A stretch of 31,818 nucleotides of DNA, taken from the NCBI GenBank assembly GCA_002269645.1, contig NIVC01003391.1:1-31818 (forward strand), written 5' to 3'. The notes beneath the pieces are model-generated. The model was not told where the DNA came from, did not search any database, and worked only from the letters and a program-made list of their open reading frames with translations. Made by a program: the position numbers and the translations under genes. This document shows, one piece after another, positions 22,852 through 31,818 of the stretch. Numbering within the stretch: the stretch's first letter is position 1; every line of letters begins with the position of its first letter. This stretch comes from Macrostomum lignano (taxonomy: Eukaryota).

Positions 22852-24435
22852 TAAGGACTACTAGACTAGACTATATAATGTAGAGTGCTATACCTCCCAA
22901 AAAAGTCATACAAATTGTTAACGTACTACTTATAAGTTTTATTCAGTAGTATAGCAAGTAGCAAGTATAAAAATAAGTACTGAATCACATGCGTAATTTT
23001 AGTCAACCAATCAGAAGAGAGGAAAGTCGAACATGTTATTCTTGGCAACCCACCAATCATGCGTGACCTACAATTGTCAAGTTAAACCCCATCTGCGATT
23101 CATCATTGGTCACGTGTGACCTACTTTTGTCAAAACAAACCCTGCCTGCGATTCATCATCTGCCTTGCACCCGGTCTGCACCGGATGAACCAATCAAATG
23201 CGACAGAAAAACACCAGATACGGTAACCAATCATTCGCGCTTACAGTAGACTAGTTGCGCAACTTTCTACCCTGTCATGCTTGACAGCCACCGAATCGTG
23301 ACCCTTTGACATTTACGAAAAAGTGATGGACGACCTCGAGAGAGGTTCGTTTGCCTATAAATACAAGTCATATGTCAAATATGTCATTTCTGGAGCATCT
23401 GGAAGACAACTTCTCCTCGAGAGGAAGCTCCGAAGAGGAAGCTTTAGCAAGACTTCCTGGATCAACTCGAGACTCGGTCGAGTGACTTGCGGTAAGCCTT
23501 ACTCATTTGCGCCCGTTGTTTGAGACGTCTCACTCAAGTCTAGTGTGACTTGAGTTTAGTTGAGTTTGTTGAGACTCTTGAGTCTGTTTAGACTCCACTG
23601 GTTGCAGTCTCCAGAAGGACTGCCCCTGATAGATCTTATAAGACTATCAGTGGTTTCCGGAGCTATTCCTAGAGTGCATAGAGGCACTGCTAGAAGGAGA
23701 AGACTTATTTAAAACCGCAGTTTGGCGCAGGGATCCCATTGTTGATACGAGGCCTCTGATTGGTCCTGACTGCAGATACCGGCCGGCTAGAGACAAAGAA
23801 GAATCAGGACCAGAGCAACAGGAGAGACAAGGCGCCTGATCGACAGATCAACTGTGAACGACAGTCAGCGAGATCTACGAGGTCAACTCAAGGAAGAGAT
23901 CTACACATCCGGATTAAAGGTAATTGAATACCTTCAGTTGACTTACTGGGTTGCCTAGCTACAGAACTAGAAGTGATTGTTCCTTGATTACAGTTAAGGA
24001 CTGGTAATAAGGAACGCATCAATAACGAAGTGTTCCTAGTGGTCCTTAACGTAATCTCTATTCCTAAGATTCCTCTGCTCCTTCATTCTACATGCCTGTC
24101 GTATTAACCTTGCTTGAGGCATAAATTCTTTATCGCTTTATCATATCTACCTGGTAAGTTAAACAAGAAGAAAATTGGTCGCTATGGGAGTTTTCATTGG
24201 TGTTAATTTTATAACACGGGTTCGAATATGAGGGATTAAACATGCCTTTTTCGGGAGCAATTTTCATAAATCCCTCGGGCCTCTTCCTGAAATTTTAGAA
24301 CACATTCAGCCGGTTTTGGCCATAGAGACCGCCTTGAAGATCAGAACGCCAAGCGCTTACTCGGTGGTATAAAATGAGGAAGCAGAAAAATACGTAACTA
24401 TTTGGGCTCTGGGCTGAGCAGCTTCTGTGCTCAGG

Positions 24436-26677
24436 ATGTTCAACCTCTGCGACAACAGGATCCAGCTGGTGCTGTACGCCACCACAGTAACCATCATGGC
24501 CCTGGGAGTGTTCTACGTGTGCCTGGGCAGCTTCATCATCGGGGAGTTCTTGCCCCTGCTGCCAAGCGTGTTTGAGGTGAGCAAAGCCGAACTGCTTCAA
24601 GGCTAAACAATTCCTTTGTCATGGCCTTCTTCTCTAACTTTGCACCAGTGTCTCCTGCTTATCTCTTTCATTTGTTTTTGGTACCGATTTTTGCAGCTTC
24701 ATCTCTTGTCTCCCCCACTGCCTGGTGTATTGATGCACCTACCCAACCCTCATCTCTTGTCTCCCAGACTGCCTGGTGTATTGATGCACCTACCCAACCC
24801 TCATCTCTTGTCTCCCAGACTGCCTGGTGTATTGATGCACCTACCCAACCCTCATCTCTTGTCTCCCATACTGCCTGGTGTATTGATGCACCTACCCAAC
24901 CCTCATCTCTTGTCTCCCATACTGCCTGGTGTATTGATGCACCTACCCAACCCTGATCTCTTGTCTCCCAGACTGCCTGGTGTATTGATGCACCTGCCCA
25001 ACCCTCATCTCTTGTCTCCCAGACTGCCTGGTGTATTGATGCACCTGCCCAACCCTGATCTCTTGTCTCCCATACTGCCTGGTGTATTGATGCACCTGCC
25101 CAACCCTCATCTCTTGTCTCCCAGACTGCCTGGTGTATTGATGCACCTACCCAACCCTGATCTCTTGTCTCCCAGACTGCCTGGTGTATTGATGCACCTA
25201 CCCAACCCTGATCTCTTGTCTCCCAGACTGCCTGGTGTATTGATGCACCTACCCAACCCTCATCTCTTGTCTCCCAGACTGCCTGGTGTATTGATGCACC
25301 TACCCAACCCTGATCTCTTGTCTCCCAGACTGCCTGGTGTATTGATGCACCTACCCAACCCTGATCTCTTGTCTCCCAGACTGCCTGGTGTATTGATGCA
25401 CCTACCCAACCCTGATCTCTTGTCTCCCAGACTGCCTGGTGTATTGATGCACCTACCCAACCCTCATCTCTTGTCTCCCAGACTGCCTGGTGTATTGATG
25501 CACCTACCCAACCCTCATCTCTTGTCTCCCCCACTGCCTGGTGTATTGATGCACCTACCCAACCCTGATCTCTTGTCTCCCAGACTGCCTAATGTATTGA
25601 TGCACCTACCCAACCCTCATCTCTTGTCTCCCAGACTGCCTGGTGTATTGATGCACCTACCCAACCCTCATCTCTTGTCTCCCAGACTGCCTGGTGTATT
25701 GATGCACCTACCCAACCCTCATCTCTTGTCTCCCAGACTGCCTGGTGTATTGATGCACCTACCCAACCCTCATCTCTTGTCTCCCAGACTGCCTGGTGTA
25801 TTGATGCACCTGCCCAACCCTGATCTCTTGTCTCCCAGACTGCCTGGTGTATTGATGCACCTGCCCAACCCTCATCTCTTGTCTCCCAGACTGCCTGGTG
25901 TATTGATGCACCTACCCAACCCTCATCTCTTGTCTCCCAGACTGCCTGGTGTATTGATGCACCTACCCAACCCTGATCTCTTGTCTCCCAGACTGCCTGG
26001 TGTATTGATGCACCTACCCAACCCTCATCTCTTGTCTCCCAGACTGCCTGGTGTATTGATGCACCTACCTAATCTTAACCCACACACCACACGCTTTTTC
26101 ATCTCCCTTGCTTCATGAGCCTTTTCTGACCATCTCTTCATCCTTTTCTCATATTTGCAGCGTAATTTAGATATCGGAGATCAAACCAGAGCAATTTCAA
26201 ACCTCTCTGCCTCTCTATAAACTCCAGAACCCACTGTGGGGCCTGTTTTACCTGTACCTGATATTCACCGGTGTGTACACGGTGGTGGCGGGCTGCATCG
26301 GTCTGTGCGGAGTGGACAAGTACCAACCTGGCAGCATCTGCCTGCATCGCGTGCTCATCCTGCTGCTCATTGGTCTGCACGTCCTGGCTATGTTTGCCTT
26401 CATCAAGGATGCTGGGTACAATAAGGAGCGAATCAAAAAGTACTTGACTCGCGTCCCGGAGGAGGTGCTGGCTACCGACGGGCTGCACGCCGCCAAGGCC
26501 AACCAGCGGGTGTGGAACTACTTCGAGGCCGCGATCAACTGCAAACGGGAGCTGAAAAGCTGCTCAGTCAGCGCGGCTGTGCGGTACCTCATGTTCTGCT
26601 ACTACGGCTTTGTGGTCTTCCTCGGCCTCTGCGGGGCTGTCCTGCTCGCTGACCTGCTGCTCACGTTCTTCCTGTGA
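24436..26677 (+). CDS. Divergent tetraspanin-like four-TM protein, 196 aa, join(24436..24576, 26228..26677)
   Basis: TTT GAG|GTGAGC ... ctccag|AAC, phase 0. Four hydrophobic helices; TM2 ends VAGCIGLCGV (tetraspanin GC.GA-like); short intracellular loop, TM3, 60-aa EC2, TM4. A possible N-extension MRKQKNT comes from 24374-24393 via a 41-nt intron. Confidence 0.8.
24700..26070. repeat. 51-bp minisatellite, about 27 copies, in the tetraspanin-like intron
   Basis: Unit CCTCATCTCTTGTCTCCCAGACTGCCTGGTGTATTGATGCACCTACCCAAC; a 17-codon period generates the 500-aa and 288-aa pseudo-ORFs. Confidence 0.96.
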
Positions 26678-26865
26678 TCGCGTCTTGTATAAGCCGAGTA
26701 TCCGTATGACTGACTGACTAACTGGCTTAATGAATATAAATTGGCTCATTATTAACCGTGTGCTTAGTCTGATAACTGCTCCGAAATATGGAGCTCTACT
26801 GGTAGCTAACAGTCACACTGAGTTTGTGTTTTTCTTGCTTTATTTAACAGACAGATGCATACGTG

Positions 26866-27020
26866 TGCATAAATACATACATACCTACCTGTACATACAT
26901 ACATATATACCTGTACATACATACATATATACCTGTACATACATACATACATACATACATACATACATACATACATACATACATACATACATACATACAT
27001 ACATACATGCATACACATAC
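26866..27020. repeat. (TACA)n microsatellite between convergent 3' ends
   Basis: Directly visible. Confidence 0.95.
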
Positions 27021-27221
27021 ATTCATACAACACATAAAATTAATACAAAACTCAAAAGCAATGAATTATCTCAGAATTCGAACTAATTATTTGTATTGTT
27101 AGCGGTTTTGCAGCTCTTGGCTTCAGTATATTGTATTTCTGTACCGGACAACCAAAATAACGAAATCTTGCCAGTTTACTACTCATCAATAGTAGAGTGT
27201 GATGAGAGCGCAGATTTCTAA

Positions 27222-27312
27222 TCAGACTCGAGCCTTGCACAGGCGAATCACGGAGGCGACCAACTCTCGGCCCAGCGCAGAATTCGCTGCGTGTTGTGCC
27301 GCCCGCCCATCT
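27222..27312 (-). CDS. TBC gene terminal exon, -1 frameshift near 27274-27276
   Basis: acccgcag|AG ATG GGC GGG CGG CAC AAC; the corrected frame reads HNTQRILRLGRELVASVIRLCKARV* with TGA at 27224-27222. Confidence 0.75.
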
Positions 27313-30300
27313 CTGCGGGTTGTCCGGGTTTGAGAATGCTTATGTGTGAAATTTCACGTGAAAGCAGATGCTCCAAGACCCACCATCGTAGAACTGCATG
27401 ATCTGGTCAAAGTCCAAGTCCCTGTCCAGGATCTGGCGCCGGTACTCCTGCAGCATCGCCATGGCAACGAAAGCGCTGAAGCTGTCCGAAGAACCGAGCA
27501 GCTCCGAGGCGGCCCAGACTGTCTCCCAGACCAGCATGATGTCATCGTGAGGGAACTCTGTAATGGATTAAATGTGCTTGAGAACTTTTATCGGTTATTA
27601 GCTGAATCGGTTATATAGCTGAATTATTTCCGGCAATATGCACGACTGCAGCAAAGTAGCCAGCAAACTACTCAAGGACTACTCAAGTAGAAGGACTGGA
27701 AAGTACGTTTCTTGGAAAATTTCATGAAAAATGGCACAGCTTGGCTCATTGGTTTTGTGAATCAATTTTATTATCTTTGTTTCACATATTGCTATGCATT
27801 TTTACGATTTTTAGTTACAGGGAAAGTGAAAACTTCCTATCTCCGTAGTGTATTTTTCAGCGAACATCAGCCTCCTAAAACTTTTTCATATCACAAATCA
27901 CCTACATTTATCGCAGTGCACAGGTAGACCCTCATGCACCAGTAAATCACTGTGCAATGTTCATAACGCGCCGAGCACTACCAGTCTCTTAGCAGTGCTT
28001 TTCTCTCTAATAAAGTACATACCGAACTTGAAGTCGTACAAGAACCATCGCTGAAATCGTTCAAAAGGTTTTGCGCTGCAGCCGTGGCAGCCGCGGCCTC
28101 CGCACCGCTGCAGATGGCCGTGCAGCTGGGGTCCAGGGACTGCAGCAGCAGCCGCAGCGCACTCACTCGAGGGTCGGGGATTGCGCCAGGCTGAGCACAG
28201 GAGGCACCCGGCTGAGCACAGGTTGCAGATTCATCCGTGATGGCGAAGCTTTCAGCCGCCGACTGAGGTGGACGAAGTCTGGAGACGAGCCTGGAGAAGC
28301 AGGCCAGGGCGAGCCAGTCCTCCTCCACGGCTGACAGCAGGGGGACCAGCAGCTCACAGAAGCCGTCCGAGTAGCCGACCTGGGAGTTTCAGAGTTTGCT
28401 GGGTGGCAATATTGATCCTATCCACCCATATCCACACCTATCCATCCATATCCATCCCTATCCTCCCATATCCATCCCTATCCATCCCTATCCACCCATA
28501 TCCATCCCTATCCACTCATATCCATCCCTATCCACTCATATCCATCCCTATCCTTCCATATCCATCCCTATCCATCCCTATCTACCCATATCCATCCCTA
28601 TCCACCCATATTCATCCCTTTCCATCCCTATCCTCCCATATCCGTCCCTATCCATCCCTATCCACCCATATCCATCCCTATCCACTCATATCCACCCCTA
28701 TCCATCCCTATCCTCCCATATCCATCACTATCCATCCCTATCCACCCATATCCATCCCTATCCACTCATTTCCATCCCTATCCACTCATATCCATCCCTA
28801 TCCTTCCATATCCATCCCTATCCATCCCTATCTACCCATATCCATCCCTATCCACCCATATTCATCCCTTTCCATCCCTATCCTCCCATATCCGTCCCTA
28901 TCCATCCCTATCCACCCATATCCATCCCTATCCACTCATATCCATCCCTATCCATCCTATCCTCCCATATCCATCCCTATCCACTCATATCCATCCCGAT
29001 CCACCCATATCCATCCCTATCTACCCATATCCATCCCTATCCTCCCATATCCATCCCTATCCATCCCTATCCACCCATATCCATCCCTATCCACTCATAT
29101 CCATCCCTATCCACCCATATCTATCCCTATCTACCCATATCCATCCCTATCCATCCCCATCCATCCCTCAATACCTCAATTTGATCCCAGGCGTAGCAGC
29201 AGAGCACAGTTCTCAGTCTGTCACGAAACTGGTCCTGATTCAGCCCAGCTGTTGGCGGAGGCAGCTGGCAGCGAGCCAAGTCCATCTCCAGGCTGCACCA
29301 GCTGCTGGCTATCAGTTCAACTAATTCGCTCTGAAAAGTTTGCCGATATGTATCGAAATGTATCGAAAGGCGGAGGGAAAAAATCTAGCGACCAAGAGAC
29401 CCCCTATCATCATGGACTCACCGAGTGACCCAATCACCATGGACTCACCGAGTGACCCAATCACCATGGACTCACCGAGTGACCCAATCACCATGGACTC
29501 ACCGAGTGACCCAATCACCATGGACTCACCGAGTGACCCCAACCATCATGGACTCACCGAGTGACCCCAACCATCATGGACTCACCGAGTGACCCCAATC
29601 ATCATGGACTCACCGAGTGACCCCAGTCACCATGGACTCACGAGTGACCCCAGTCACCATGGACTCACCGAGTGACCCCAGTCACCATGGACTCACCGAG
29701 TGACCCCAACCATCATGGACTCACCGAGTGACCCCAACCATCATGGACTCACCGAGTGACCCCAACAGTCATGGACTCACCGAGTGACCCCAACTATCAT
29801 GGACTCACCGAGTGACCCCAGTCACCATGGACTCACCGAGTGACCCCAGTCACCATGGACTCACCGAGTAAACTCCTCCATTCGAAGCGGGACTCGCAGG
29901 CGACAGCAGACTCTCCCTGGATGTAGAAATTCTACTAGAAGATTCTACAAATTTTTTCATCAAAGTGGGGTTAGAAATCGATTGCCACACTGCCATTTGC
30001 CACTCTTGCCATTTTTATAAGAACTACCTGAATTCGATGCCTGCTGATTTGATGTGTCGGTGCTGTGCAGATTGGACTCGAGACCAGCTCCTGGAATATT
30101 AATTACGAAATATCACAATTTTCAAAGTCAAAGATTTTTCTTAAAAACATCCCAACTTCTCACCCAATGTACACCCGCGCTAGTTCAGCATAGCCACCCC
30201 AAATCACTCACCCCAATGTACACCCGCGCTAGTTCAGCATAGCCACTCCAAATCACTCACCCCAATGTACACCCGCGCTAGTTCAGCACAGCCACCCCAA

Positions 30301-31249
30301 ATCACTCACCCCAATGTACACCCGCCGCTAGTTCAGCACAGCCACCCCAAATCACTCACCCCAATGTACACCCGCGCTAGTTCAGCACAGCCACTCCAAA
30401 TCACTCACCCCAATGTACACCCGCGCTAGTTCAGCACAGCCACCCCAAATCACTCACCCCAATGTACACCCGCGCTAGTTCAGCACAGCCACCCCAAATC
30501 ACTCACCCCAATGTACACCCGCGCTAGTTCAGCACAGCCACCCCAAATCACTCACCCCAATGTACACCCGCGCTAGTTCAGCAAGCCACCCCAAATCACT
30601 CACCCCAATGTACACCCGCGCTGGTTCAGCACAGCCCCCCCCCCCAAATCACTCACCCCAATGTACACCCGCGCTGGTACAGCACAGCCCCCCCCCCAAA
30701 TCACTCACCCCAATGTACACCCGCGCTAGTTCAGCAAGCCACCCCAAATCACTCACCCCAATGTACACCCGCGCTGGTTCAGCACAGCCCCCCCCAAATC
30801 ACTCACCCCAATGTACACCCGCGCTAGTTCAGCAAGCCACCCCAAATCACTCACCCCAATGTACACCCGCGCTAGTTCAGCATAGCCACCCCAAATCACT
30901 CACCCCAATGTACACCCGCGCTATTTCAGCACAGCCCCCCCAAATCACTCACCCAATGTACACCCGCGCTAGTTCAGCACAGCCACCCCAAATCACTCAC
31001 CCCAATGTACACCCGCGCTAGTTCAGCACAGCCACCCCAAGAGCTCTCACCAACGCAGCTGTTTCTCAAGCGCCCAGTGAGTTGATCTGGCGCAATAGCC
31101 GCCTCCTTAGCGCGCTCCCTCACAATGGCGTCCAGCGGGCTCCACTCGGACAGGCAGTTCTCCAGGCGAGCCTGCAGGTCGGCCTCTTTGCTGCACCGCT
31201 CCGCCTCGGTGGCCTCCCAAGCCTGCACGCCGAGGAGCAGCGGCCAGGC
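27222..31249 (-). CDS. SGSM-like: TBC (Rab-GAP) domain protein, SGSM1/2 (RUTBC)-like; 3' part only
   Basis: Exons (minus) 31249-31051, 30090-30028 (tentative), 29916-29865, 29330-29175, 28379-28023, 27557-27384, 27312-27222. Motifs AWPLLLG, EW..LDAIVRER, SPASNGGVYS, EMDLAR, YAWDQIEVGY, LDP.LHGHL, RWFLYDFK.EF..DD..VWETVWAA, LDFDQIMQFYDEMGGRHN match SGSM-type TBC domains. Two clear 1-bp frameshifts; upstream exons not resolved. Confidence 0.85.
27384..27557 (-). CDS. TBC gene exon (WETVWAA)
   Basis: cattacag|AG ... GAT G|GTGGGT. Confidence 0.88.
28023..28379 (-). CDS. TBC gene exon (GYSDG...RWFLYDFK), -1 frameshift at 28128-28131
   Basis: ctcccag|GTC ... TTC G|GTATGT; the length of 357 should be 3n+1. 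Confidence 0.82.
28417..29168. repeat. Degenerate (TATCCATCCC/TATCCACCCA)n simple repeat filling a TBC intron
   Basis: Directly visible; explains the P/H/I/S/Y-rich ORFs. Confidence 0.95.
29175..29330 (-). CDS. TBC gene exon with arginine finger (EMDLAR)
   Basis: cttttcag|AGC ... ATT GAG|GTATTG, 156 nt, stop-free. Confidence 0.85.
29405..29870. repeat. 27/28-bp minisatellite (CCATGGACTCACCGAGTGACCC[C]ARTCA), about 17 copies, overlapping a splice donor
   Basis: Directly visible; the last unit is the real exon/intron junction at 29865. Confidence 0.95.
29865..29916 (-). CDS. TBC gene exon (ESLLSPASPASNGGVYS)
   Basis: ctacatccag|G GAG ... TAC TCG|GTGAGT; joins in phase to SELVEL. Confidence 0.78.
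30028..30090 (-). CDS. Tentative 63-nt symmetric exon of TBC gene
   Basis: aatattccag|G ... TTCAG|GTAGTT; splice signals only, no conserved motif, phase unresolved. Confidence 0.4.
30158..31040. repeat. 49-bp minisatellite, about 18 copies, TBC intron
   Basis: Period measured 30421 to 30470; unit CCGCGCTAGTTCAGCACAGCCACCCCAAATCACTCACCCCAATGTACAC. Confidence 0.95.
31051..31249 (-). CDS. TBC gene exon (motif A: WPLLLG)
   Basis: acacgcag|GCC TGG CCG CTG CTC CTC GGC ... TTG|GTGAGA. Confidence 0.8.
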
Positions 31250-31774
31250 CTGCGTGTTTTAATGATTTGTTTGTCTCAAAGCCAGCTTTGCTACTACCAG
31301 TAGGTGAGTAGCAATGTGATGCTTATACCGGCGCAAACAATTCCCTCCCTCAATCGATCGGCTCAATTAATAAATAGTTCAGCCGGCTGGAGTGTCAGAG
31401 GCGCTGTTTGCACTTCACCAGGGCGGCGGCAACCCGAAGAGCCACTCAAGCCGCTGCCTGGGACAATCCCAGTAAAATCTATGAAAATAATTCACTCCCA
31501 GGCCGATATGGGATATCGATCGCCCCCGCCTGTCCCACACCTGTCCTCTGCTTGCTTTTCTACTCGTGGGGGGTATTTATTGAAGTGTGTCGAGTGTAAC
31601 TCACCTTGAGATTATTAAAACGTGGGAGAGAAAGTCAGGGCCGCTGAGAGTTTCGTATGAGTATGCGTATCTGTGCTCAGTGGAATCAATGCTTGCTCCA
31701 CTGTCGCCTTGGTTTGCTCAAACTGCTCTAACTGTGAATTTGCATGCGGTGTCGCGTATTTTGTTGTTGTTGTT

Positions 31775-31818
31775 GCTCAAGCTGCTCAAACTGTTTCAAA
31801 CTGCTCAACTGCTCAAAC
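31775..31818. repeat. Start of about 9-bp (CTGCTCAAA) repeat, truncated by window end
   Basis: Directly visible. Confidence 0.75.

Noticed and set aside
23586-24165. Possible solo LTR upstream of the tetraspanin-like gene (TGTTAG start, TATTTAAA, AATAA-like motifs)
   Set aside because: No second LTR, no TSD and no PBS or PPT could be identified.
24210-24232. GGTTCGAAT tRNA/B-box-like motif
   Set aside because: No A-box spacing or cloverleaf stems around it.
24616-26118. 500-aa ORF (and 288-aa antisense ORF) as a repetitive protein
   Set aside because: It is a by-product of a stop-free 51-bp (17-codon) unit lying inside the intron of a well-supported two-exon gene; there is no independent coding evidence.
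28268-29428. 386-aa and 262-aa Pro/His/Ile/Ser-rich plus-strand ORFs
   Set aside because: They are translations of the TATCC simple repeat, antisense to a TBC intron.
31260-31500. Further upstream TBC exon (expected Y.GG...R motif)
   Set aside because: Several candidate acceptors exist, but no frame gives a convincing motif with compatible splice sites.

Overview
Eukaryotic (metazoan, invertebrate-like) genomic DNA with many 70-95 nt GT-AG introns, GC-rich exons and abundant intronic minisatellites. A flatworm such as Macrostomum would fit, but the organism cannot be established from this window. I reconstructed three spliced genes by hand. (1) A polycystin-1 family gene on the minus strand (21938 to 3055; 22 coding exons found, about 3,360 codons): signal peptide, WSC, PKD repeats, REJ, GAIN/GPS with intact HL|T, TM1, PLAT, TM2-6, TOP loop, start of the channel domain, C-terminal tail. 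The exon(s) for channel helices S3-S6 and the pore are absent. (2) A two-exon, 196-aa tetraspanin-like gene on the plus strand (24436-26677) that lacks the CCG motif. (3) The 3' part of an SGSM/RUTBC-like TBC-domain gene on the minus strand (31249 to 27222) whose catalytic YxQ glutamine finger reads YSD. Four single-base frameshifts, three in homopolymers, interrupt otherwise stop-free frames and are most likely long-read assembly errors. Two intronic minisatellites in the TBC gene amplify the splice-donor sequence. Several inverted-repeat (MITE-like) elements lie in polycystin introns. No CRISPR array, RNA gene or autonomous transposon is supported, and most long ORFs in the supplied track outside these genes are repeat or antisense artefacts.
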